Shown here one piece after another: positions 1 to 9,275 of a stretch of DNA of 64,000 nucleotides. Origin of the DNA: an uncultured bacterium (GTDB lineage: Bacteria; Patescibacteriota; Minisyncoccia; UBA6257; GWB1-50-10); NCBI GenBank assembly GCA_903827975.1, contig CAIKKG010000001.1, positions 26,175 through 90,174 of the forward strand, in the 5' to 3' direction. The translations under genes were made by a program, and so were the position numbers. The notes under the pieces are model-generated. The model saw only the letters and a list, made by a program, of their open reading frames with translations, was not told where the DNA came from and made no database searches. Each line of letters opens with the position of its first letter. The first letter of the stretch is position 1.

Positions 1-1
1 T

Positions 2-436
2 AATAGGATCGTTGTAGATAACGAGCACTTATCAAGCGAATCCGAACGTATTAATTCACAGCAATTTTACGCAGTGAGGGCGCGCATAGCAAAACAAGAG
101 GGCATACCTGAGGATGAGATATTAGATATATCAGAGAAAAAAAAGTCTTTTACAAGATTCGATTATTATTCCCAGAGAAGGGTGTTGAATTTTATTGTTG
201 ATGCTGTCTATGAAAATAATAAAGAGTCATTTCAAAGCAGGGATGAAATACTAAAACAATTTTTTAGGGCACATTTTCAAGGTAATATTGTTCCAATTGC
301 GAGACTTATCGAGAAAACATTTGGGGAGGGATCATTTAGATTTATTAGTGTGATGGGAGATAACGAAGGTAAGACCTCCAGCATGGTTATGGATTATCTT
401 GTGAAGCAGAAAGCTAGGATTGTGAAAACTGAATAA
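2..436 (+). CDS. Hypothetical protein, 5' partial (frame is open from position 2)
   Basis: ORF 74..436 extends upstream without a stop to the window edge; no recognisable motif. Confidence 0.6.
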   Translation, partial: NRIVVDNEHLSSESERINSQQFYAVRARIAKQEGIPEDEILDISEKKKSFTRFDYYSQRRVLNFIVDAVYENNKESFQSRDEILKQFFRAHFQGNIVPIARLIEKTFGEGSFRFISVMGDNEGKTSSMVMDYLVKQKARIVKTE

Positions 437-483
437 CGGGTAATTAATTTTTCATGTGACCGTAATAGCTACTTCACATAATC

Positions 484-507
484 AAAAAAGCGCTTTCGCG
501 CTTTTTT
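484..507. terminator. Bidirectional intrinsic terminator
   Basis: AAAAAAGCGC-TTTC-GCGCTTTTTT between the convergent ORF and tRNA-Leu. Confidence 0.75.
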
Positions 508-511
508 CTTG

Positions 512-594
512 TGCCTGAGGTGGGACTCGAACCCACACAGGATTTACCTACACGATTTTGAGTCGTGCGCGTATACCAGTTCCGCCACTCAGGC
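512..594 (-). tRNA. tRNA-Leu(CAA)
   Basis: Reverse complement GCCTGAG..CACGA-CTCAAAA-TCGTG..GGGTTCGAGTCCC..CTCAGGCA; long variable arm; CCA not encoded. Confidence 0.95.
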
Positions 595-652
595 ATAATT
601 TGTATTCTATGCACATTGAGAATGCCACAGAAATACGATAGAGTAAAGAGTA

Positions 653-1636
653 ATGGCGAGAGTAATCGCGGTATATAACCAAAAGGGCGGTGTCGGAAAA
701 ACGACGACTGCTATGAACCTGGCAGCATATCTTGCAATACACGGGTATCGCACACTTCTTATAGATTTTGACCCGCAATTTAATGCGACGGTTGGACTTG
801 GAGTTCGTCACGCACCTGACGAAACAATTTATCATGCACTTCTAGCAGGACAAATTCCTGAGAGAGTTATAAAACCAACCCATCTTGCAAATCTTCATCT
901 AACCCCATCGTCAGGTGATCTTGCTGGTGCACTTGTCGAATTAGTAAACTTACCAGAGCGCGAGTTCTTTTTGAGAAATTTTGTAATGCATGTTAGACCG
1001 CGATACGATTTTATTTTTATTGATCTTCCTCCAAGTTTAAATTTGTTAACAGTAAACGGACTTTTGGCGGCGGACGAAATTATTGTTCCAGTTCAATGCG
1101 AATATTATAGCCTTGAGGGGATAGCGCAGTTGTTGCAGACAGTAGACCTAATTCGTAATAATGCAGGTCACCCAATTAAAGTGGGGGGTGCACTACTTAC
1201 CATGTACGATAAGCGCGAGCGATTGTCGCGCGAGATAGCCCGCGAGGTTAGAAGGAGGTTTCCTCATCATGTCTATGAAGTAGAGATTCCACGTTCAGTA
1301 AGTTTGGCTGAGGCGCCAAGCTTTCAAAAACCAGTTGCGCTGCACGCCCCTCACAGTTCTGGAGCAGAAGCATATGAGAAATTAGCAAGAGAGGTTGCAA
1401 CGCAATTCTCGACCAGCATTCCTGAGGTACCAAGAGTGATAGTTCCAAAAATTGAAATACCAACAATTGAAACGCAAAGGCAGGAAGTTATTGTGGAAAA
1501 TCTAATGCAGAATATTGAGGACATTCCGGTTAGACAATCATATTTTGAGGAAATTTCTGAGGAGCCATTCATGCTTTTTTCATTGGAAAATGATTCTGAA
1601 AATAATGAAGAAATATCCAGGTTTGGTCAAGTTTGA
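653..1636 (+). CDS. parA: ParA/Soj family partitioning ATPase with acidic C-terminal extension
   Basis: NQKGGVGKTTT deviant Walker A, IDFDPQFN, DLPPSL, IPRSVSLAEAPS; adjacent to parB. Confidence 0.95.
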   Translation: MARVIAVYNQKGGVGKTTTAMNLAAYLAIHGYRTLLIDFDPQFNATVGLGVRHAPDETIYHALLAGQIPERVIKPTHLANLHLTPSSGDLAGALVELVNLPEREFFLRNFVMHVRPRYDFIFIDLPPSLNLLTVNGLLAADEIIVPVQCEYYSLEGIAQLLQTVDLIRNNAGHPIKVGGALLTMYDKRERLSREIAREVRRRFPHHVYEVEIPRSVSLAEAPSFQKPVALHAPHSSGAEAYEKLAREVATQFSTSIPEVPRVIVPKIEIPTIETQRQEVIVENLMQNIEDIPVRQSYFEEISEEPFMLFSLENDSENNEEISRFGQV

Positions 1637-1661
1637 CACTAGTTTTTCTCAGTAATATTAT
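1633..1661 (+). promoter_or_regulatory. Sigma70-type promoter in front of the parA-parB intergenic hairpins
   Basis: TTGACA (1633-1638), 17 nt, TATTAT (1656-1661). Confidence 0.7.
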
Positions 1662-1668
1662 TTTAAAC

Positions 1669-1910
1669 AGTTCTCATCAGACCAAACCTCGAGATTTTTG
1701 TGCTTCTATATCGGCCGGTATCTTAGCATATTTTGATTGTTGTGAGGTGTGGTGTTGGGCTAACGTATACGTTTTTTAAAACAGAGGTAAGTCATGTAAG
1801 TAACTGGTAGCGCAATATTTTCGGATTTCGAGTTGTTCTTTCTTTAATATATTTTCACTCGAAATTAAACGAATGCGTGTATTAGTTGCTTATAAGGCAC
1901 CTCTGTTTTA
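1669..1910 (+). ncRNA. Candidate structured RNA or long parB leader (two long hairpins)
   Basis: Hairpin 1777-1910 closed by TAAAACAGAGGT/ACCTCTGTTTTA with many G-U pairs on the + strand; looser hairpin 1669-1761; promoter directly upstream. Confidence 0.5.
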
Positions 1911-1956
1911 TTTATTAACTTTTGTTTTTTTGTGGTTAGTATAGAATTAAATAACT

Positions 1957-2988
1957 ATGTTAGGACGAGGACTTGAATCTCTAATTCCAAATAATAATAA
2001 TGGTGGTGCAGGCGATAAGGACGAGTTTTTTGCTCCACAAAAACCGAGTCAGCCTACAAGTGTGCCACAAGGTGCACCTCAACCATATCAACATGTTGCA
2101 CAGCAACACTCAAATTTTACTCAGAATAATAGCCACACAATACCAGTGAGGGTTCCACAACAAATTCATGAAGATACTCGCGCTAATTATGAGCCACGTG
2201 AAAAAGAGCAAAGAGAGTCGGTATTTTTAATAGAGGTAGAGAAAATAAAAGCTAACCCATACCAACCAAGACATGAGTTTGAGGCGGAGGCTCTTCAGGA
2301 GTTGGCGCAATCAATTCGTGAGTTTGGAATTATTCAGCCGATAACAGTTTCTAAGGTAATTAAAGAAGCGGAGACTGGTGCTGATGTCGAGTATCAACTA
2401 ATTGCAGGTGAGAGGCGTTTGCGCGCAGCAAAAATGGCAGGACTAGAAAGAGTTCCAGCTATAGTAAAAAAAATTGATTCTAGTCGCGCAAAATTAGAAA
2501 TTGCGCTTATAGAAAATATTCAGCGCAGTAATTTAAATCCTTTAGAATCTGCAAAAGCGTATGCGAGGTTACAAGATGAATTCGGACTTACTCAGAGAGA
2601 AGTCGCTGTGCGTGTAGGGAAGAGCCGTGAATCTGTTGCAAACACAGTTAGACTACTTAGCCTGCCGACGCAGATTCAAGATGCAATCTCTCAGTCCAGG
2701 ATAACGGAGTCACAAGGGAGAGCGTTACTTACAATGCAAGATCCAAACGAACAGATAAGAATGTTCGAGGAATTATTGCACAAACGAACAAGTGTTAAGG
2801 ATATTAGAGAGAGGTCTGCTCCACAGGATGATCCACAACAAAAGTTTTGGGAAAGAAAGCTTGAAGAAAAATTCGGAGCTCCAGTTAAAATTAAAAAACA
2901 GGGTGGTGGTGGAACAATAGGTATTCAGTATTATTCTAGGGAAGAACTACAGGGAATTTTGGAGCGCCTAATTGGCGAGGGGGACTAA
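1957..2988 (+). CDS. parB: ParB/Spo0J partitioning protein
   Basis: LGRGLESLI N-terminus, NPYQPR, IAGERRLRA CTP-binding motif, ENIQRSNLNPLE, HTH. Confidence 0.95.
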   Translation: MLGRGLESLIPNNNNGGAGDKDEFFAPQKPSQPTSVPQGAPQPYQHVAQQHSNFTQNNSHTIPVRVPQQIHEDTRANYEPREKEQRESVFLIEVEKIKANPYQPRHEFEAEALQELAQSIREFGIIQPITVSKVIKEAETGADVEYQLIAGERRLRAAKMAGLERVPAIVKKIDSSRAKLEIALIENIQRSNLNPLESAKAYARLQDEFGLTQREVAVRVGKSRESVANTVRLLSLPTQIQDAISQSRITESQGRALLTMQDPNEQIRMFEELLHKRTSVKDIRERSAPQDDPQQKFWERKLEEKFGAPVKIKKQGGGGTIGIQYYSREELQGILERLIGEGD

Positions 2989-2998
2989 TTATATTTTA

Positions 2999-4702
2999 TT
3001 AAATGAAACGATATGTTACCTCACGGGTTCCCTGAGTTTTTTTTAGTTTTACAAGTAATTTAGCTACTTTTTGTTCTGGCAATGCGTCACACCTTATTGA
3101 TATAGTATCGAATGTTTTTCTTGGGTCACTCTGACCGTGAATAGAATTCATACTTATCTTAAATTCTGATAGTACAGCAGTTATCTCGTTTAAATAACCA
3201 TGTCTGGTTTGTCCGATAACTTTAAACTCAACATGAAGAGGGCCCGCCTTTTCCCGAAATGCTTTTGTCTTTTCTCTAAGGGCACTTCGTATGTGACCTT
3301 TAGCTTGTTCAGTTTTTACAAAGCGTAGCCAGTCCTCAGTAGGTTTCTTTCCTTTGTGAGTTATTATTTCAACGACATTTCCAGATTGTAACTCATAGTC
3401 TAGTGGAACTATCTTCTGGTCTACTTTCGCGCCAGTGCACTGATCTCCAATATCCGAGTGAATGCAATATGCAAAGTCTACTGGGGTCGCTCCCTTTGGA
3501 AGATCGATTATGTCATTATCAGGAGTCACCACAAATATTCTATCCTTAAAGAAATCAACTTTTAGTGATTGAACAAATTTTTCCTGGTCCGTGAAATTCT
3601 CCTGCCAATTTTTAAGTTGTTCAACCCAAAGCAATTCTCCGCTCTTTTTTATGCCACTCCAGTTTTGTGTATTATAACCCTTCTTATCGCGAGCCTGCTG
3701 ATATGCCCAGTGCGCTGCAATACCCATCTCTCCCTCCTCATGCATCTCTTCAGTTCTTATCTGAATCTCTGTGATCCTATTATCAACGCAGAATACGGTT
3801 GTGTGTAAGCTACGGTATCCATTTGGTTTTGGGCGGGCAATATAATCTTTAAAACGATTTGGAACGGGCGTCCAGAGGTGGTGGACTACTCCCAATACTG
3901 CGTAGCACTCCTCAATTGTTTTTACGATAATTCTAATTGCAATAAGGTCATGAATTTTTTCAATATCCATGTCGTAGCGTTGTAATTTTTTATAAAGACT
4001 TGAATAACGCTTTGCTCTTGAATCAACCTTAAGCGGGCGAATGTGATTTTCACTAAGTGCCCGCAATAGAATTGGGTTAACTTTTTCTGCATAGCGAATT
4101 CGGGAGCTATAGGAGTCTTTAACTGTTTCAACAAGCCACTTATATTCTTCTGGGTGAATAAATGGAAATGCAAGATCTTCAAGTTCACCAGAAAGTTTCT
4201 GCATACCGAGGCGGTAGGCTAGTGGTGCGTAAATTTCCGTAGTTTCCCACGCAAAGCGATTCTGACGTTCCTTAGTAAGGAATTTCAGTGTCTGCATATT
4301 GTGCAGACGATCCGCAAGTTTGATTATGACAACGCGAAGATCCTTTGTGAATGAAACGACAAACTTACGAAGACTCTCAACCTCCGTATATCTAGTATCC
4401 TCTGGATACTCAAGTGTATGAAGCTTCGTCAATCCATCAACAAGAAATGCAACCTCTACGCCAAAAAGTTTTTCTATCTCTGGTAATTCTGTTTTAGTAT
4501 CTTCTATAACATCGTGCAGGAGTGCGGCCGCAATTGAGGCCTCATCTAAGTGCCACTCGCAAACTGACTCAGCAACTTGTTCACAATGAGAAAAGTATGG
4601 CTCTCCGCTTGCGCGTGTCATGCCCTTGTGAGCTTGTTCTGCAAAAACATATGCTCTTCCCACCAGACTATTTGAATCAAATTGTTTTAATAGTGGAAAC
4701 AT
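2999..4702 (-). CDS. relA: RelA/SpoT family (p)ppGpp synthetase/hydrolase
   Basis: HD motif LLHDVIED, KLADRLHNM, KPNGYRSLHT, EIQIRT, TGS motif GATPVDFAY, C-terminal ACT-like region. Confidence 0.93.
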   Translation of the reverse strand: MFPLLKQFDSNSLVGRAYVFAEQAHKGMTRASGEPYFSHCEQVAESVCEWHLDEASIAAALLHDVIEDTKTELPEIEKLFGVEVAFLVDGLTKLHTLEYPEDTRYTEVESLRKFVVSFTKDLRVVIIKLADRLHNMQTLKFLTKERQNRFAWETTEIYAPLAYRLGMQKLSGELEDLAFPFIHPEEYKWLVETVKDSYSSRIRYAEKVNPILLRALSENHIRPLKVDSRAKRYSSLYKKLQRYDMDIEKIHDLIAIRIIVKTIEECYAVLGVVHHLWTPVPNRFKDYIARPKPNGYRSLHTTVFCVDNRITEIQIRTEEMHEEGEMGIAAHWAYQQARDKKGYNTQNWSGIKKSGELLWVEQLKNWQENFTDQEKFVQSLKVDFFKDRIFVVTPDNDIIDLPKGATPVDFAYCIHSDIGDQCTGAKVDQKIVPLDYELQSGNVVEIITHKGKKPTEDWLRFVKTEQAKGHIRSALREKTKAFREKAGPLHVEFKVIGQTRHGYLNEITAVLSEFKISMNSIHGQSDPRKTFDTISIRCDALPEQKVAKLLVKLKKTQGTREVTYRFI

Positions 4703-4768
4703 ATCTTCCTAATAATGATAGTAAAATATGCTGAATTGCGCGAACGACCCCACTTTTGGTCAGTATGT

Positions 4769-4834
4769 TTGACAGCGTTTCAGCCACGCATATACTTATC
4801 TATGAAATTAGCAATGGATAGTCGCCTTTGCTAA
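4769..4834 (+). promoter_or_regulatory. groESL promoter with degenerate CIRCE-like operator
   Basis: TTGACA-16-TATACT (4769-4796), then TTAGCAatg-N9-cttTGCTAA (4808-4834). Confidence 0.65.
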
Positions 4835-4872
4835 TAAAGACCACAAAAGTGGTCTCAATAAATTAAAATCAT

Positions 4873-5178
4873 ATGAAATTAAAACCACTATTTAATCGCG
4901 TGCTTATTGAGGCGGTATCAGATGAGGCAAAGGCCACAAAATCAGGGATAGTGCTACCAGATAGTGCTGAAAAGAAAAAGCAAAGCAAGGGCATTGTTGT
5001 GGCGGTTGGCGATGGGAGGTTAAGTGAAAAGGGTGAGCTTCAACCAATGAGTGTAAAAATAGGCGATAAGGTCCTATTTAAAGAACCATGGTCAGACGAA
5101 AGCAAGATTGAAGATAATGGTAAAAAACTTTTCTTGGTCGAAGAGGAAGACATATTAGCAACAATTATTGAGAATTAA
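4873..5178 (+). CDS. groES: Co-chaperonin GroES
   Basis: LKPLFNRVL, TKSGIVLPDSA, VVAVGDG. Confidence 0.97.
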   Translation: MKLKPLFNRVLIEAVSDEAKATKSGIVLPDSAEKKKQSKGIVVAVGDGRLSEKGELQPMSVKIGDKVLFKEPWSDESKIEDNGKKLFLVEEEDILATIIEN

Positions 5179-5181
5179 ATT

Positions 5182-6819
5182 ATGGCAAAACAGATTTTAT
5201 TTAATGAGGAGGCGCGTATCGCAATGAAGAAGGGAATTGATAAACTTGCAGAGGCGGTAAAAATGACACTCGGTCCTCGCGGAAGAGCAGTTGTAATAGA
5301 AAAGGGATATGGAGCGCCACAAGTAACATTTGATGGAGTGACGGTTGCAAAAGAAATTGAGCTCGAAGATAAGTATGAAAATCTTGGTGCTGAGTTCATT
5401 AAACAAGCGGCAGACAAAACAAATGATAATGTAGGTGACGGAACAACAACATCTGTTGTTTTGGCACACGCAATGATAGAGGAGGGTGAGAAGGCAATTC
5501 GTGAAAAGGGGTTCAATGTAATAAGTCTTGCTGAAGAACTTAAAAAGGGAAGCAGTATTGTTATTAAAGCGTTAGAATCACAGAAGGAAGAAATAGACGA
5601 CAATAAAAAAATTCGCGAAGTTGCAACACTTTCAGCAAAAGATGCTGAGATTGGTTCACTTATTGCCGAGGTTATGGATAAGGTTGGGCGAGAGGGCGTT
5701 GTAACAGTTGAAGATTCAAATACGGTTGGAAATTCATACGAGCTTGTAGAGGGTATGCAGTTTAATAACGGATATATTTCTCAGTACATGGTCACAAATC
5801 AGGAGCGCATGGAGGCCTCACTTGATGAGCCGTATGTTCTAGTGACCGATAAAAAAATATCCTCAATACAGGAAATCTTGCCTGTTCTTGAAAAAATTGT
5901 TGCGAGTGGAAAAAAAGAACTTGTAATTATAGCTGAAGAAATTGACGGGGAGGCACTCGCCACACTGGTAGTAAATAAGATTCGTGGAATATTTAATGTA
6001 CTTGGCGTAAAAGCGCCTGGATATGGAGACCGTAAAAAAGAAATGTTACAGGACATTGCAGTTGTAACTGGAGCATCACTTATAACAGAAAGTCTTGGTA
6101 GGAAGTTCGAGAGCATTGAACTCTCTGATCTTGGCTCAGCACACAGAATTGTTTCTGAAAAAGATAAAACAACAATTGTCGGTGGTAGTGGAGAAAAGAA
6201 GGAGATTGATGAGCGCATTAAGCAATTAAAGGCGCAGATGAAGTCTGCCGATTCCGATTATGATAAAGAGAAGTTACAGGAGCGCCTTGGTAAGCTAGCA
6301 GGCGGTGTTGCTGTAATCAAAGTTGGTGCACCTACAGAATCTGCACAGAAGGAGCTGAAGCAGCGCGTTGATGATGCAGTTTTTGCAACAAAAGCAGCAA
6401 TGGAAGAGGGTATTATTCCAGGTGGAGGAATAGCACTTTTTAATGTTTTCTCATTAATTGAAAAAGCAGAAAAAAATTCAAACCCAGTCGCTGACGCAGC
6501 GCACATAATTCTTAAGCATGCTACCGAGGCACCGCTTATGGCGATCATAATGAATAGCGGAGAAAATCCAACAAAGGTTGTTGAGCAACTTAGTGCACGC
6601 ACAGAAAAAGATATTTGGAAAGGATTTAATGCATTCAAGAACGAGATTGATGATTTAAAGGCGGCCGGCATTATTGATCCACTTAAAGTTTCGAAGACGG
6701 CATTTATGAACGCGATCTCTGTAGCCGCAAACTATTTGACGATTGGAGCCGCAGTTACAGATATTCCAGAAAAGAAGGAAAAGACACAAGGAGGAATGCC
6801 TGGAATGGGTGATTACTAA
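5182..6819 (+). CDS. groEL: Chaperonin GroEL
   Basis: TLGPRGR, GDGTTT, KAPGYGDRKK, GGM tail. Confidence 0.98.
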   Translation: MAKQILFNEEARIAMKKGIDKLAEAVKMTLGPRGRAVVIEKGYGAPQVTFDGVTVAKEIELEDKYENLGAEFIKQAADKTNDNVGDGTTTSVVLAHAMIEEGEKAIREKGFNVISLAEELKKGSSIVIKALESQKEEIDDNKKIREVATLSAKDAEIGSLIAEVMDKVGREGVVTVEDSNTVGNSYELVEGMQFNNGYISQYMVTNQERMEASLDEPYVLVTDKKISSIQEILPVLEKIVASGKKELVIIAEEIDGEALATLVVNKIRGIFNVLGVKAPGYGDRKKEMLQDIAVVTGASLITESLGRKFESIELSDLGSAHRIVSEKDKTTIVGGSGEKKEIDERIKQLKAQMKSADSDYDKEKLQERLGKLAGGVAVIKVGAPTESAQKELKQRVDDAVFATKAAMEEGIIPGGGIALFNVFSLIEKAEKNSNPVADAAHIILKHATEAPLMAIIMNSGENPTKVVEQLSARTEKDIWKGFNAFKNEIDDLKAAGIIDPLKVSKTAFMNAISVAANYLTIGAAVTDIPEKKEKTQGGMPGMGDY

Positions 6820-6837
6820 ATAAATTTATAACCCTAT

Positions 6838-6890
6838 AAATTGTGTAAACCCCGCACTATTTTAAAGAAGCGGGGTTTTACACACAATTT
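6838..6890. terminator. Intrinsic terminator after groEL
   Basis: AAACCCCGC..GCGGGGTTTT extended inverted repeat. Confidence 0.7.
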
Positions 6891-6947
6891 GAATTTTTGA
6901 AGATTCAAGGGTAAAGTGAAAGGGTTCAATTTTGTAACTAAATACAC

Positions 6948-7952
6948 ATGTTTATACGAAAAATCGGCATTGATCTTGGAACTACAAATACATTGGTTTT
7001 CTTGCCTGAGAAAGGCATCGTTATAAACGAGCCTACTGTTGTGGCGCTCAGAAAGCCAGATAACACAGTGCTTGCTGTTGGGGCTGAGGCAAAGGAAATG
7101 GTTGGTCGCACACCTGATGATATAGTCACTTATCGTCCGCTTAAGGATGGAGTAATTGCAGAGTATTACATTACGCAGGCGATGCTCAAATATTTTATTT
7201 CAAAAAGCATAGGCTCTTTTAATATTATTCGTCCTGAGGTTGTAATCTCAGTACCTGCTGGAATAACGTCAACAGAACATCGCGCTGTTATGAATGCTGC
7301 AAAAGAAGCTGGTGCAAAAGAAGTCTATCTTGTAAAAGAACCACTACTCGCATCACTTGGTGCGGGAATTCCAATTCACTCAGCAGAAGGAAATATGATT
7401 GTAAATATTGGCGGAGGAACTACTGAGGTTGCTGTAATCTCACTCGGCGGAATTGTTACATGTTCAAGCTTGCGCGTTGCTGGAAATCGTTTTGACAATG
7501 CGATAAGTGAGTACATAAAGAAAAAGTATAACCTAGCGATAGGTGAGAATACCGCTGAGAATATAAAAATTACAATCGGAACAGCTATGCAGAATCGTAA
7601 TAAATTAGAGATGAAGATTCGCGGTCGCGACCTTCACTCCGGACTGCCTAAGGATATGATAATTAATTCTAATGAGGTTGCTGAGGCGATTAACGGACAT
7701 TTAGTGGATATTATGAATTCAGTTCAGGCAGTATTCAATGTGACACCTCCAGAACTAGCAGCTGATATTATGGAGAAGGGGATAATTCTCTCAGGTGGTA
7801 GCTCACAACTAAGAGATCTCGAGGAGTTCTTTAAGCGTTCACTTGGTGTGTCGGCATATGTTGCAGAGAATGCAATCCTATGTGTTGCAAACGGAACCGC
7901 AACAATCCTGAATCATTTAGATGTCTACAAGAGAACACTTTTGAGACGATAA
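6948..7952 (+). CDS. mreB: Rod shape-determining actin-like protein MreB (paralog 1)
   Basis: [36 protein letters not shown]. Confidence 0.95.
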   Translation: MFIRKIGIDLGTTNTLVFLPEKGIVINEPTVVALRKPDNTVLAVGAEAKEMVGRTPDDIVTYRPLKDGVIAEYYITQAMLKYFISKSIGSFNIIRPEVVISVPAGITSTEHRAVMNAAKEAGAKEVYLVKEPLLASLGAGIPIHSAEGNMIVNIGGGTTEVAVISLGGIVTCSSLRVAGNRFDNAISEYIKKKYNLAIGENTAENIKITIGTAMQNRNKLEMKIRGRDLHSGLPKDMIINSNEVAEAINGHLVDIMNSVQAVFNVTPPELAADIMEKGIILSGGSSQLRDLEEFFKRSLGVSAYVAENAILCVANGTATILNHLDVYKRTLLRR

Positions 7953-8716
7953 TGATAGGTCATGAATCAATACAAAAAGCATTTGAGAAACTTGAGCGTG
8001 AAGACTCATTGGGGCACGCATATCTTTTTTTTGGTGACTCTCAGATAGGAAAGGCTTCATTTGCGGAATGTGTCGCATCTTATATTGAAAAAGGCATTTT
8101 TGAAGTTTCAGAAACACAACTCATTGACTCCACTTTATTTCTACCAAACGAGAAAGGAAATATAGGAATTGATGAGGTCAGGAGTATCAGGAGATTTTTG
8201 TGGCAGACCCCACTCTCATCAAAAAAAAGAATAGCAATTATTGATGGAGCAGAGTCATTAACAAATGAAGCGCAAGGAGCAATTCTAAAAATTGTGGAAG
8301 AACCGCCAAAACATGGACTTATAATTTTTGTGACACACGATCCGAGCGCAATTGTGTCCCCACTAGTATCACGTTGTTCAAAGGTTTATTTTTCCAGACT
8401 AAGCACTCAGAAAATTGAAAACTATTTAATTGATGAGAAAAAAATATCAAAAACAGTTGCGCATGAAGTCGCACTAAGGTCATATGGAAGAATAGGTAGG
8501 GCACTAAGATTATTAAATAAAGAAACTAAATCTCCGGAAAACTTATCAGAAGAAATTATAGAAAGAATAATAGAACTTAGAGAGGCTGGCGTAGAGAAGA
8601 ATAGCTCTAAATTAGCATGGTTACTGGAGCGCGAGTCACTAATTGCCAGATTTAATGTAAATCCAAACATTCAAAAGAAGGCGGTTGAATATGTTGCCAG
8701 TCATTCCTATAATTGA
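7952..8716 (+). CDS. holB: DNA polymerase III delta-prime subunit-like clamp loader protein
   Basis: MIGHE..GHAYLFFG, IGIDEVR, AQGAILKIVEEPP, SRC motif; start moved to ATG 7952. Confidence 0.85.
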   Translation: MIGHESIQKAFEKLEREDSLGHAYLFFGDSQIGKASFAECVASYIEKGIFEVSETQLIDSTLFLPNEKGNIGIDEVRSIRRFLWQTPLSSKKRIAIIDGAESLTNEAQGAILKIVEEPPKHGLIIFVTHDPSAIVSPLVSRCSKVYFSRLSTQKIENYLIDEKKISKTVAHEVALRSYGRIGRALRLLNKETKSPENLSEEIIERIIELREAGVEKNSSKLAWLLERESLIARFNVNPNIQKKAVEYVASHSYN

Positions 8717-8723
8717 ACTATAT

Positions 8724-9272
8724 ATGAATCCATTAGAAGAATTTAAAGCAGGAATAGCAGGCGCGATACAAGAACTCAAAAAGGAGGTTGGTGGGGTGCG
8801 CGCGAATCGTCCATCGTCAGCTCTTTTAGAAGATATAAAAGTAAATTATTATGGACAACTTACACCAATGAAACATGTTGGTACTGTTTCAGTTGCGCCA
8901 CCACGCGAGCTTATCATACAGCTCTGGGACACGAATGCAGTTCAACCAGCAGCGAAAGCAATTGAGAGTGCGGCACTTGGACTCACTCCAAACACAGAAG
9001 GAAATACAATTCGCATTTTTCTTCCAGAACTTAGTTCCGAGAGACGCGATGAGTTAAAAAAATATGTAAAAAAGATTGCTGAGCAATTTAGAATTCAGGT
9101 GCGTCAGTTAAGGGATGCAGCAAATAAACAAATCGAGTTGCAGTTCGGCGAAGGGGAGATTGGAGAGGACCAGAAATTTAAACTCAGGGAAGACGTACAG
9201 AAACACACAGAAGCCACCAATAAGGATATAGAAAAAATTGTTGACGCAAAGATTGTTGAAATAGACGAATAA
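8724..9272 (+). CDS. frr: Ribosome recycling factor
   Basis: RANRPSSALLEDIKVNYYG, LGLTP, PELSSERR. Confidence 0.95.
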   Translation: MNPLEEFKAGIAGAIQELKKEVGGVRANRPSSALLEDIKVNYYGQLTPMKHVGTVSVAPPRELIIQLWDTNAVQPAAKAIESAALGLTPNTEGNTIRIFLPELSSERRDELKKYVKKIAEQFRIQVRQLRDAANKQIELQFGEGEIGEDQKFKLREDVQKHTEATNKDIEKIVDAKIVEIDE

Positions 9273-9275
9273 TAA

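Noticed and set aside
548-835. Antisense and alternative-frame ORFs in the track (this one and those within groEL, dnaK, gyrB, thrS, smc etc.)
   Set aside because: They are shadows of well-supported genes or tRNAs and lack motifs or independent signals.
2191-2206. parS-like sequence (..CACGTGAAA) in parB, and GTTTCACGT near 58745
   Set aside because: Only half of the TGTTTCACGTGAAACA palindrome matches, and both lie inside coding sequence.
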